This document shows positions 39,344-52,363 of a DNA stretch of 64,000 nucleotides, piece by piece. The number at the start of each line of letters is the position of its first letter. Position 1 is the first letter of the stretch. Source of the DNA: Mobula hypostoma (lineage: Eukaryota); assembly GCF_963921235.1 (NCBI RefSeq), contig NC_086108.1, forward strand, positions 23,188,001 through 23,252,000. Reading direction: 5' to 3'. The notes beneath the pieces are model-generated. The model searched no databases. It worked only from the letters and a program-made list of their open reading frames with translations, and had not been told where the DNA came from. The position numbers were made by a program, and so were the translations under genes.

Positions 39344-40277
39344 ATTCGATGCTCCAACTGATCAACTGATGAAGGCAAACATACCATATACCTTCTTTAT
39401 CACCCTATGTAATTGTGTTGCCACTTACAGTGAGTTATGTACTTGGGCCCCAACATGCCTCTCTCTGCACATCAGAGACCTGAAGGGTCCTGCCATTTAC
39501 TGTTTAGCTTCCTCTTACGTTTGATCCCTCATTTTACAGCATCTCACACCTGCTCAGATTAAACTTTGTTGACTAGTTCTCTGCCCATATCTGCAGTTGG
39601 TCTATGTCCTGCTGTCTCCTTCATTGTCCACAACTCCATTAATTTTTGTGTCATCCACAAATTTATTAATAAGCCCATCTTCAAAATGTCAAAATGGACA
39701 GCATTCTGAGCCCTAAGTCCTGTTGAGTTTCATAAAGGAGGAGAAATGTAAAGATGAAGAGGAGCTTTTGTGAGGACCTTCCAGGGAAACTTGGAATTAG
39801 AGTAATCTTTGGAGGATTTGAGTAGTCATTAGGACTGGAGGTGATTACTAAGAAAGGGAGGGTAGGAACTTGGAGAGACTTGAAAGTAACAGTAAAAGGC
39901 ATGACTGGAGACAGTGCTTAATTGATATACATTGATATTTGCTGACAATTGAAAAACTAAAGCTAAAGAAAAACACAAATTAAAAGCTGTAAGTTCTGGG
40001 AATACTCAGCAGGTCAACAGCATCACTGTTGGGAGAAAAAGAGTCAATATATCAGGTCAAAAATTTCACTATTGCTCATTTCTTCCATTATGATGGAAGC
40101 ACATAATTGGCTGTAAGGCATTTAGGACATGCTGAGTTCTTGAGAAGTACAATTGAAAAGCAAGTTCCTTCTTCGCATACATTGCAGGAATAATGACCGA
40201 ACATATTGTGCTGTTGTTACTAATCTCGTAAGAAATGATACATAGAAAGTGAATGCTCTTTCTGCCTTTTATTGCAG

Positions 40278-41340
40278 GGCTCTTTGATAATTGCTCCTAT
40301 TCACTCAGTGAGAAGGGTTGGAAGATTGGCATTCAATCATTAGAATATTCCGGAAGGAAGGATCCTCGCTTTTTCTTCTCTCTCCGCACAGACAGAGCCA
40401 GAAAAGCCACCACCATCTTTGCCCACCACAATTACCATCCCAACTCTTGGACTTACCTAGCTGTCTCTTACGATGGCCGGCAGATGCTGCTCTATATCAA
40501 TGGAGCCAGAGTTGGGGCCAGCACCAGGCAGTCAGGGAATCTGCACAGTGAGTTCATGAGTTCTTGCCGGACGCTACTGATCGGTGGGGACAGCTCTGGG
40601 AATAGACATAATTTCCGTGGTTACCTGGCCAGCTTTACCCTGTGGAGGACCGTGAAGTCCCAGGCTGAATTAGTGAAGAGCTACCACCAAAGTATGCCAG
40701 GAAGAGATTCCTCCTTGGTTTTGATGGCAGATTTCTCCAGGATGGAAGAACAATGGATTCCAAATAAGGACTCCCGTTATCCCATCCGCAACATAATGCT
40801 TCTACCAGAGCCAGAGTTAGCATCTCCCTTGACTCCTCCACCCTGTGGGCTGACAGTTTGTGACAATATTGATGTTATCAAGAACTACAACAGTTATTGG
40901 CCACTAAGGGGAGAGAAGCTGATACGCTACCGAGTGATTAACATTTATGATGATAATCGGCAAAACCCCACAGTAACAAAACAGCAGATTGAGCTCCAAC
41001 ACCAAGCACTGAACAGGGCCTTCAGCAGGTATAACATAACCTGGGATCTCACTGTCACTGAGGTCCTCAACTCGACCATTCGGAACCGAGTAGTCCTGGT
41101 CAACTGTGAGACGAGCAAAATTGGGAATGACCACTGTGACCCCGAGTGTGATCACCCCATGACTGGCTATGATGGTGGGGACTGTCGATCCATGGGAAAG
41201 TGCTATCTGTGGAAGAGGCGGGACGGGATCTGCAACATGGAATGCAACAACATGGTGGATGATTTTGATGACGGTGACTGCTGTGATCCCATGTTTACCA
41301 ATGTGCAGAAAACTTGTTTTGACCCTGACTCTCCAGAAAG
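40278..41340 (+). CDS. pappa2: Internal coding exon of pappalysin-2 (PAPP-A2 metzincin): LamG-like domain, N-terminal part of the protease domain, LNR1 and LNR2
   Basis: Translation GLFDNCSYSLSEKGW...RFFFSLRTDR...FMSSCRTLLIGGDSS...YWPLRGEKLIRY...KIGNDHCDPEC...CNNMVDDFDDGDCCDP...TCFDPDSPER. As I recall the families, YWPLRGEK, FMxSCR, GNDHCDPEC and DFDDGDCC are PAPPA2-type rather than PAPPA-type. Acceptor: pyrimidine tract plus ttgcAG ending at 40277 (phase 1). Donor: AG|GTAGGA at 41340/41341 (phase 2). Confidence 0.95.
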
Positions 41341-42254
41341 GTAGGAATACTTTACTTTCATTGGCATTCATGGAAGATCACTACTCTGGAGCGTTTTGAA
41401 TGCTAGATCCCTGGAAGTATTTAGCGAGGAGGGAAATACATTAATAAAAGACTGCGTGACTGAAGTGGGGCTGAGGCTTGGGGCAGATCAATCATGATCA
41501 TATTAAATGGTGGGACAGATTTGTCAGACTGAGTGGCCTATTTCTGCTCCTATGTTCTTGCATCCTTGTATGATTGGTACTGTGAATTGAAACATTCACT
41601 AGTTCAGCGTGACCTGCCACCATCTGTAAGGAGTTTGTACTTTCTCTCCGTGACTGTGTGGGTTTCCTCCAGGTGCTCTGGTTTCCTCTTATAGTCCAAA
41701 GATGTACCGGTTGGTAGGTTAATTAGTCATTGTAAATTGTCTTATAATTAGGCTAGCGTTAAATCTGGTGTTGCTATTTCAAGTTGAAATAGTATGATAT
41801 TAGAACAATGTTGAACAACCACCATAAAGAGTACTGATATGGGACTTCAGTTACTGCTTGCTTCAATTACAACTTGGTTGCGAACAATCATGGACTAGTT
41901 GGGTCAAAACGGCTGGATCCATGCTGTATTGCTCTATAACTCTAATCCCACAATTAACCAGTTTTTGTTAGTTCTCTGCTGTGGCAGTTATTACAGATTG
42001 TAGTCAAACTGAACCTTGACACACCCCCTAAAAAAATCTTGGGACACTATGCTTAAACTTTTTAACCAGCAGTCCAAAGTCTTATTGATACATAAATATT
42101 GGACGAAATTATTTGTTTCTGTAATATGTGTGTTCTTAAATTATTCAGGCCCCTGATAATACACCGGAAATTTAGGAAGCTGAGAGTGACTTCCACAGCC
42201 AAGGCAATCTGGAAGTGGGTGCAATGCTGTATTTGAGGCTGTATGGCACATATA

Positions 42255-43598
42255 CAGGTTTCCCCCACTATCCGAAGGTAGAGTGTTCCTATGAAACGGT
42301 TCGTAAGCCAGAATGTCGTAAAGTGAATAACCATTTATTAATATGGGAAAAATTTTTGAGCATTCCCAGACCCCAAAATAACCTACAAAATCATGCCAAA
42401 TAACACACAAAACCTAAAATGACAGTAACATATAGTAAAAGCATGAATGATATGATAAGTACACAGCCTATATAAAGTAGAAATACTTTTCTGCTGCACT
42501 GTCTAGTGCAGCAAAAATCTCGCAGAAGTGTTCTCGGCAGAAACACTCTCTCCAGTAACCTTTAAGCTATGAAGCTGCCAAATCATACCAAATAACACAT
42601 AAAAATACACAACCTATATAAAGTGGAAATAATGTATGTACAGTGTAGTTTCACTTACCGGAATTGGGAAGACTCCAATAAATTGCAGTTTCGTCACAGT
42701 TAAACACTTGCTTATACGAATAACCACCTGACGCAATCGGTAATTGCCTCTGACCTGGGTCGACATTTACGTGTCGGGCGTCACCTAGTTAATTAGCTTG
42801 TTTATTTCTGCTTTTTTCTTAAAGATGTGTTGGGTGCATTTCGACTACCGCTGCACCGCTGCATTCTTCGGGGCAATGTATCAGTCCGCTGCCCAGAGGT
42901 TGGGGATCACTGCTTAAACTATGAAGCTGCCCTCACCTCAGAAACCGATCAAACCACCCATGACTACCTTTAAATTCCACTTTCGCAACACTTTCATCAC
43001 CATCTTCCAGTGCTTTCTGTTTCAGCTTATTAAAAAGACTGACTGATTTCTCCTTATGTATAAGAAAACTTAACGGAACACCACACTTTGTACACCCATC
43101 AATCCACTCAAGCAACAGACTTTCTATTTTATCCATTATTGGATGCCGACTAAAAGAGACCACTTTGCTATGAGCAGAACCAACAATAACATCGTCAACT
43201 TTCAAAATTCTTTCTCTCTGCGTATAAATAGTGCGAATGGTGGACGTAGGCAAGTTCAACGCGCGGACAATGTCCTTACTTCATTCACCACGGTCAAAAC
43301 GCTTAATTATGTCTAGTTTTACGGTAAGTGTAACACCCTTATGAGCTCTTTTAGGCTTTTCCGATACCTTAGAACAAATCTTGCTAACGGATGCACAAAA
43401 TAAATCGAGGTAGAGCTCGTGTTTAAGCAATGCCGGCTAGAATGCAGTTCCGGGGGAGGAGCCTGGCTGTTCAGGTGCGTGCTGCCTTTTTTCGTAACAG
43501 TGAAAACAACTTCTGTTAGTGAAAACAGATAACTAATGTAGGTCTTTTGTAACAGCGAGGTGTCGTAAAGCGAATGTTAGGAAAACGGGGGTCACCTG
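42255..43598 (-). mobile_element. Tigger/pogo-like DNA transposon, internally deleted
   Basis: TA TSDs at 42253-54 and 43599-600. TIRs CAGGTTTCCCCCACTATCC / CAGGTGACCCCCGTTTTCC. CENP-B-type HTH peptide LPTSTIRTI...LLLEWI...FKGSHGWFDRF at 42933-43259. No DDE domain seen. Confidence 0.9.
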
Positions 43599-44107
43599 TA
43601 CCTTAGTGAGGACTCCTTTGGTGAAGCCCTAGTTTGTGTTGACACACCTTCTCAGAAAGGTCTAGCTCTAAGAATGGACTTCTGTAAACTGGGTGAATAA
43701 GGTCTTGGATGATGAGTTCATCCAGGCTTCCTCATTGTCCCCATGTTTGGCTACAATACCTCTGATGCCTGTGGCTTATGGTTGACATTGATATCTGTTC
43801 ACAAGTTGCATAGGGTTATTTTTTCTATAGAAGTGTTACACTAATTCTGAAACTTTTGACAGTAATAGATTGAGGGAAGGAAATAGTCAATAATGTGGAG
43901 GTCTCATGCAGGTACAAGATGTTTAATAGAATGGCCACATGTATGGCAAATTAATTTAACCACTGACAAACAAAAACTGGAACATTTTGATTAGAAAAAT
44001 AAGAGATCATATAATACTTAGAAAATGATTTGGAAAAAGCAATGGATCTGGGAGTACAAATGTAGACACCACTAAAAATTTGCCACTTAATCTAGTAATT
44101 TTAAAAA

Positions 44108-45420
44108 ATCATAAGAAAGTAGGACAAATAAGCAGAATTGGGCTATTTGGCCCATGGAATCTGCTCTGTCATTTAATCATGGTGTTTATTCTTCTGTCTC
44201 ACCTTCATTCACCTGCCTTCTCCCTGTATCCTTTGTGGCCCTTACTAATTAAGAACTCATGAACCTCTGCTTTAAGTAAAACTAATAACTTGGCTTTACA
44301 AACTATCTGTGGCAATGAATTCCACAGATTCACCATCCTCTTGCTAAAGAAATTCCTCCTCATTTCTATGCTAAGGAGAGGTCCTTTTATTCTGAGTCTG
44401 TGCACTCTGGTCTTAGATTCTTCCACTATTGGAAATATCCTCTTTATATCCACTCTGTCTAGACTTTTCAATTATCAGTAGGTTTAAATGAGATCCCTTC
44501 CCCTCATTCTTCTAAACTCCAGTGAGTACAGGCCCTGAGCCATCAAATGCATCTCATTTAACCCTTTCGTTCCCAGGTTAATTCTTGTAAATCTCCCCTG
44601 GACTCTCTCCAATGCCAGCACATCCTTTATTAGATATGGGCCTCAAATCTACTCACAATACTCCAAGTGTGGTCTGACTATTGCCTTGTAAAGTCTCAGC
44701 ATTACATCCTTGCTTTTATATTCTAGTCTGTTTGAAATGAATGCTAACATTCTATTTGCCTTCCTTATGATCAACTCAACCTGCAAGAAATCCTGCACAA
44801 GGACTCCCAAATCTCTTTGCATCTCTTATTTCTGAATGTTCACTCTGTTTAGAAAATAGTCTATGCCTTTATTCCTTGCACCAAAGTGCATGACCATACC
44901 CTTCCCTGCACCATATTCCATCTGCCACTTCTTTGCCCATTCTCCTAATCTGCCTAAGTCCTTCTGCAGACTCCCTGCTTTCTCAACACTACCTTTCCCT
45001 CCACCTATCTTTGTATCATACACAAACTTGCCCACAAAGCCATTAATTCCATCATCCAGATCATTAACAAATAACATTAAAAGACAATGAACCGTGTAGA
45101 ACACCACCAGTCATTGGTAGCCAATCATAAAAGGTCCCCTTTGTTCCCACTGTTTTGCTCCTGCCAGTCAGCCAATCTTCTACCCTTGCTAGCATCTTTT
45201 CTATTATACCATGTGTTGTTATCTTGTTTATCAGCTTTATGAGAAGTACCTTGTCAAAAACCTTATGAAAATCCAAGTAAACAACATCCACTGACTCTCC
45301 TTTGTTATCTTATCTGTGACCTGTTTTATCCTGAGCTTCCAAATACCCCAAAATGTCATCCTTAATATGACCTCTAACATTTTGTCAAGCACTGAAGTCA
45401 GGCTAACTTGCTTACAACTT
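44108..45420 (-). mobile_element. Decayed CR1 LINE 3' part
   Basis: MDVVYLDFHKVFDKV, KFVYDTKIGG, RNFFSKRMVNLWNSLP. Confidence 0.88.
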
Positions 45421-47512
45421 CCTGTCAGAGAAACAATTTTGTAGTTCAGCATCAAAGCATTGGAATAATGAAACATAATAATTGATGTTAAGCTGATGTT
45501 CCAGAACATCATTATTTAGCATTTACAATGTTGTTTGTACCTATGTTGCAGCAGTTTTCATACGAAGTCTATCCACAAAGTACCCAATAATTTACTTTGG
45601 CAAAATTGGTTGTGTGATGAATACTTGGCCAGGACGTCAGAGAGAGGAACTTCCCAGATTTATTTCAAAGTGGTGCCACGGAACTCCTGCAAGGACAGAT
45701 AGAGCTTCAAATTAACATCTCCCTGACAGTGCAGAAAAGTCCATGAGGTGAAGTTCCTGCTGCTTGGATAACTGTGGATGGAAAATTGTGCGATGAAATC
45801 TTGGCATTTTGAAGGGGTTTGAAGAGCCAGTTTAGAGAGCCAGCTGCTTTATTTACTGTCTTTTGAGTGAGTTACTGGAGCTAGCCATGGTGCTGATTAA
45901 GCATTCAAGCAGGTTGGTCACATTGTTCTTAAGAAGTGCTGGGACTTTTCATTCATAGTGCCTAAATGGTGAACAACTGGTAAAAACAAAGTGTGAGTTC
46001 TGCCTAGACATGTAGAAAACTAAAGCCATTGTTTTAATGTGGCTTTCATTTATCTCTCTAAGTACAAAAGGGGAAATGATTTGTTTGTTGCTAACACTTA
46101 CAAGCTTATTATAAATGTCTGAGCTTGGTGCTCAGTGCTGAATAAAAAAAACACTTTGGTTTTTAACTCATCAGCGTTATAATAAGAAAGGAAAGAACCT
46201 GAATGGATCTGGGATATTCTAAATGTTACATGTAGGAAAAGCAGCAGAAACTTATACTTAGAGCAATATCCTGCAAACAACCAAGTAGGGATGGATGACA
46301 AAAGAAGACCGCAGAAGCTGGAATATGGATAAACACACAAAAAGCTGGAGGAGCCCAACAGGTCAGGTAACATCTATGGAGGGAAATAGCAGTTGCTGTT
46401 TCTGGTCAAGGCCCTTAATCTTGATGGAAAAATAGAGGGGAGGTCCCCCATTTGAAAAGGAGGAGAGAAAGAAAGAGCAATGTAGGATTCGGCAACTAGT
46501 CTGTTTCAGTGACTTTGGTTGAATGGTAGATGTTGCCTAGTCAGCTGCAAAAGCTCTCAATCTTAGCAATAATGCCATTCATTCTCTGGAATCTTAATGA
46601 AAAGGCATATGGGGTCTCACTTTAAAATGGCACCTTAAGAAAAATAGCAGTCCCAGTGATGTAGCTCTCTCTCAGCACCACACTGGAATAATAGCTTAGG
46701 ACTTATTTTCAAAATTTTGGGATCAGGTTTGACACTATAACCTTCTGATTTGGAGTCAGATCAGAAATCAAATGGTGAGGACCAGCCTATCAGGAGTTTT
46801 GTATTTCACCACCTTCGAAGCTCAAGAGAGAAAAAGGAGAAATTTGGTTGTAGAGTGAAATAATGGCATTAGATCATTTCCATAATGCTTTACGTCAATG
46901 AGATGGAGTAGGTGTTGCAGCTACCACTTTAAGAAAAGTCTCTGCAAAGGACAATATGATAGTGATTTGCTATACTCCTGTGATACTTACTGGAGAAAAT
47001 ATTAACCAGAATTAGATTAATTGTGGAAAGACTTGAATATCGCATGGTTACCTAGACTTCCAGTCATTTTTTTTTCATGTGCATGAATTCTAATGTCAGT
47101 GAAGTGTAACAGGCAGTGCGGCATCAGTTAAAGAAAATTTTCAGAAATTTAGATGGGGAGAACCTATTGAATAATCAGTAGCAATGATTACTCAATGTCA
47201 ATGCTGAGTAGTTTGGTTAAATGGTCTGATTCCATGGTGTATTTTTATTATGTGGAGTATAGGATTGCATATGCCATTATCAGAGTATTGATGACAACTT
47301 TGGTTCTAACACTGAGTAGAATTTGAGTTATCATTGAATTTTCATATTATCTGATTAACCTATGTGGTATTTTAAGGCTTGTGATATCTCGGTTTATAAT
47401 TATGATACCTGCATTTTTCTTTTCAAAGTATATATCCAATGTTGCCTTGATTCCTCAAGCTCGGGAGCCTGTGAAATAATTATGCTCTTGCAATTCTGCT
47501 TCGAATACCTTC

Positions 47513-48728
47513 TTTCTTTCTTTTTAAATCTTTTTATTGAATAAGTATACAAAAAGGTAAGCCATATAGGCACTAATACACTGTTAGAATATACTAAAAT
47601 TACAGAAGATATTAATACAAAAAAAACTACAATGTAATTTAAACATAACGTACCAAGGTAACATAATAGTATACTAATTTTTATATATATATCAATAGAG
47701 AAAAGGAAAAAAGAAACCCCCCCCAAAAAACCCACCATGCAACTAACTAAAAGCAAAGCAAAGCAATGGGCTAACTTGAAACCAAACAGAGTTAAAAAAC
47801 TTAAAATCACGTCCTCAATCCCGACCTCCATTAAAAACAGTAAAAAAAACAAGAAGGGTATATATTACATTAAATGAAAATATTGAATAAAAGATCTCCA
47901 GGTCTGTTCAAATTTAAATGAGGAGTCATAAAGATTGCTTCTAATTTTCTCCAGATTCAAGCATAATATCGTCTGAGAAAACCAAAAAAAGGTAGATGGA
48001 GCATAGAGCTCTTTCCAATGTTGTAAGATACATCTTTTCGCCATTAAAGTAAGAAATGCAATCATTCTACGGGCTGAAGGGGAAAGATTACTGGAAATTT
48101 TAGGCAGTCCAAAGATAGCAGTAATAGGGTGAGGAGAGATATCTATATTCAATACCTTGGAAATAATATTAAAAATGTCTCTCCAAAAAGTTTCCAGAGT
48201 AGGGCAAGACCAAAACATATGAGTTAAAGAAGCTATCTGCCCCGGACATCTATCACAAAAAGGATTAATATGAGAATAAAAGCGCGCTAATTTATCTTTG
48301 GACATATGTGCTCTATGAACAACTTTAAATTGAATTAGGGAATGTTTAGCACAGATAGAGGAAGTATTGACTAATTGTAAAATCTGCCCCCAGTCATCCA
48401 CAGAAATGATAAACCCCAATTCCTGTTCCCAATCTACCCTAATCTTATCAAATGGAGCTTTCCTAAGTTTCATAATAATATTATAAATCATAGCCGATGC
48501 ACCTTTCTGACATGGATTAAGGTTAATTATAGTATCTAAAATGTATGTAGGAGGAAGCATTGGAAAGGAAGAAAATATAGTACTTAGGAAATTTCTAACT
48601 TGTAAATATCTAAAAAAATGTATTCTTGATAAGTTATATTTATCAGATAATTGTTCAAAAGACATAAGGGAACCATCTAAAAATAAATCCAAAAACCGTG
48701 AAATACCCTTAGTCTTCCAAATTTGAAA
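47513..48728 (-). mobile_element. Young 5'-truncated L1-clade LINE
   Basis: Open ORF2 C-terminus with CDRC...HMFWSC zinc knuckle. aataaa plus A-rich tail. 10-bp TSD GAATACCTTC at 47503-47512 and 48729-48738. Confidence 0.92.
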
Positions 48729-51388
48729 GAATACCTTCAATCTTCAAAGTTCAACTTTCCCTAGCCCTCAGACATTATGTTCCATAATACACTGCCTAAA
48801 ACGCTCTGAAATTAAATGCCTGATGGGCTCTGGATACCCACTTCCGCACCTCCACCCAGAGCATGCTCCCAGGTGTGTGTTCCCCCAGCACACTCCAGAG
48901 CTCAATTCCTATCCACCCGGTCTCTCTCCAACATTGATATTTTTCTTTAAAATACAGAATGAGTTTTTGATTGCCTTCTTCATCTGTACTAATTATCAAA
49001 TTGTGCCTGCTAATACCTGCGGAAGGGATCTCAAGGCACTGGGTTCAATATAGATGAATTATAAATGCAAATTTTTGCTGTCATTTGTGGAAAAATGCTT
49101 TTCTAAGTCTTGTTTCTGTTTGTACATTACTAGTGGCTGCTTCTTATAGGTAAGTCAAAGGATCCCTCTTGGCATTCAGAGCCAAGCTCATCTGGGCTGT
49201 TTGCAACATCGTTTAAGCTGCATAGTGGTTGTCGCTGTGTAGTGATTAGAAGCAGCATCCTTGTCTTCTTTTCACCAGCCTTGGTCCATATGCTGTGAGC
49301 ATCCCAATTGTTGCCTAGGCTGAATTGCCTTTACTGGGGAGTTTCCTGATCTATAGGGCTCATTTTTCATCATCTGGCCCATGTATCCACAGATCTAATT
49401 CAAACCCACATTTGGAATGTTTTATAAATTATAATATAATTATAATTAGTCTGTGTGGCCAAATAATTTGTAGGTATACTTTTTAATATTTTTAAGATGG
49501 CAACTTTGTCATAGGGGGTATTAATAAATTGACAGATGTAGAATAAAATATTGTCTTCGAAGGAAAATTATTTTATTATTGCCCAGAATGTTAATAGAAG
49601 ATTCAGAACAGCTGCTTAAAGACTTAAATGCTAATCTGTTTACGATGACAAAAGACAGTAAGTAATAAAAGAAAGTTGGTAATCTTCAAGAGAATTTTGT
49701 ACATTTATTGTCTCTGATGTAGAGGAATAAAGCATTCATGCAGATTTCCTAGATTATGTCCATTAACACTAGATCAGTTAATTCTCTTTAAAAAAAAGTG
49801 CTGTAAACTTGTTCAGAAGAGAATTGATTATTACAGATTAATTACTAATGCATTAGGAATAAATCATCCTCTCAAACTAAATTAGCATGTACTGTGCTGA
49901 AGATCAACATTTAATCTGTTGGAAAGCGTGCATTTCAGAGCCAGGAATGTGGTGTGCCCATTCAGTTCATTTATTGTCATGGTCATGTCAAAGTAATTCA
50001 ATCTTTCTCTCTCTGTTGTGAAAAGAAAACAAGTAGGAACCTTGATTTGAAGTATCTCTTGTGTGGCAACACATCACCTAATTGGTCCACCTTAAGGATA
50101 TTTATTAATATGCATGAATGCATATATAATTGGTTTATTATTGTCATATGTACCAAGATGCTAGGGAAAGCTTTTGTTTGCATGCCATCCAGACAGATCA
50201 TTCCATATGTAAGTATATTAAAGTAATACAAAAAAAAACCCAAATGCAGAATATAGTGTTACAGAGCAGGTAGACAATTAAAATTCAAGGGCAATGATGA
50301 GGTAGCTTGAGAGATCAGGAGGTCCTCTTCAGTGTGTAAAAGTTCTGTTCATTATCCCAATATGCATATTCAAAAACATTATCGCCACATTGAAATATTC
50401 TACTTATAGTGAGCGCATGTGTGTGTGAGAAGTCACACCTTCCTAATATTTGTAGAAATCATGGAATATCATTGGGACCGGTGTCAATTTCAGTTTCTTC
50501 ATCTGTAACCAAATCAGTATGGAGATTAAAGCTAAAGGGGCTAGGTCTTTATGCTGCCCTACTACAGGATTTTTATACCACTGCCCCTTTGGAAAGCTAG
50601 TAAATGAATATACTGTACTTCTGAATAAGTTATTTGCATTGATAATCTTAAAAAAAATGGGTTTGGCATTGATTTCAAATGTGCAGACACCAGGAAATTA
50701 GTTTTCGAGTTTAAATATCTGCTTAATTTTAGGATAAGGGTATGTTCTAATCTTAAAGTGAGACACATACAGCCTTTTCCAATATATACAGGCACACATA
50801 CCTGTTGCATTCAGGCCAGGACGGAGCCTGCTCTCAGTGGTAAGTGATTTACTTTGGAGGATGAAGTCATACAAACAGCCTTTAATAGTTCCTTTTTTTA
50901 AATTCTAAACATTTCATCTTTTGCCAAATACAACTGTTACAACCAAAACATTTGAGCAATAAACTAGGGATTTAAATGTCCTTGTGCAGCTTTCACTTGA
51001 CAGCATTCCAAATACAGAAGCAATTAACTATGCTGTGGATTAGAAGGAAGCTGGAGGAACTCAGTGTTTGTACAGGTGACGAAATATTTCATTTGATGGC
51101 GCATATTTTTGTTGCTAAGTTCATCAGCTAGTCACAGTTCTCCGGCTGTGCGAGTTGAGTTTCAGAAGTTGAAAGAATTGTACTCTGTCATGTCGGCAAT
51201 TTGACTCCAAAAGAGGGGCCAACACGTGCCCTTATCTTCTCCCTCATCACAATACAGGGGCTGATATCTCAATTCTGAGCTTTGCCGCAGGTGTTCTTCC
51301 AGCTTGAATGGCCCATCAACTTACAGAATGCTTAAGGCACACATAAGACTATCTGATATTTCTTGTGCTCTTGTGAACTATTTCTGTA

Positions 51389-51750
51389 ATCTGAAAAGAG
51401 GATGCTGTCTAAGTTGCATGCCATCTTGGACAATGCCTCCCATCCACTACATAATGTACTGGGTGGGCACAGGAGTACATTCAGCCAGAGACTCATTCCT
51501 CTGAGATGCAACACAGAGCGTCATAGGAAGTCATTCCTGCCTGTGGTTATCAAACCTTACAACTCCTCCCTTGGAGGGTCAGACACCCTGAGCCAACAGG
51601 CTGGTCCTGGACTTATTTCCTGGCATAATTTACATATTACTATTTAATTATTTATGGTTTTATTACTATTTAATTATTTATGGTGCAACTGTAATGAAAA
51701 CCAATTAACCCCCGGGATCAATAAAGTATGACTATGACTATACTACTATA
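51389..51750 (+). mobile_element. Rex1/Babar-type LINE 3' end (same family as 36461-39343)
   Basis: MLSKLHAILDN...HRSTFSQRLIPLRCNTE is nearly identical to ORF 36617-36835. (tatgac)n tail. Confidence 0.9.
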
Positions 51751-51934
51751 AAGGTCCTTTGGGGGTTGAGCTCAACAATCTCTCATCACTATTGTACTGT
51801 ATGTTGTAGTCTCTTCTGACTGATTCTTTTCCTGAGGGTGAGTGTATGCTGGGCTGTGAGATTCCTGTTTTTAGATGTAGTCCTCAATACTTGACAGTTA
51901 TTGTCTGCGGGTCCATCCAATTAATATCCCTAGA

Positions 51935-52363
51935 TCAGCATGGATCCCACCACCAGTCATACTCTCTTCCTGCTGCTGCTATCAGGAAGAAGGCACAGGA
52001 GCCTCAGAACTCGCACCACAAAGTTTAGGAGCAGTTATTACCCCTCAACCGTCAACCACTTGAATCAAAAGGAATAACTCCACTTGTCCTATCACTGAAA
52101 TCTTCCCACAGCCTATGGACTCACTTTCAATGACTTTTCATCTCAAGATCTCAATATTTATTGCTTATTTATTTACTTATTATTATTATTGTTATTTATT
52201 TCTTTTTGTATTTGCAGGTTGTTGTCTTTAGCACAGTGGTTTACTTCCAGTTGGTGTGGTCTATTATGGTTATTAGATTTAATGAGTATGCACACAAGAA
52301 AATGAATCTCAGGGTTGTTACTGGTGACAGATATGTACTTTGATAATAAGTTTACTTTGAACA
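51935..52363 (+). mobile_element. Rex-type LINE 3' end (different subfamily)
   Basis: gctatcaggaagaagg...cagttattacccctcaacc...aatgaatctcagggttg...aataagtttactttgaac. Confidence 0.65.

Noticed and set aside
40253..40277. ATG start of the 363-aa ORF and its stop at 41342-41344
   Set aside because: MLFLPFIA is the translated polypyrimidine tract and acceptor, and the stop lies in the donor GTAG. The ORF is an internal exon, not a whole gene.
42933..43259. TIGD or CENP-B host gene
   Set aside because: Truncated, has an upstream in-frame stop, and lies inside a TA-flanked transposon.
47400..47852. 150-aa hydrophobic ORF resembling a membrane protein
   Set aside because: Translation of the T-rich L1 3' UTR running through the tail into flank.
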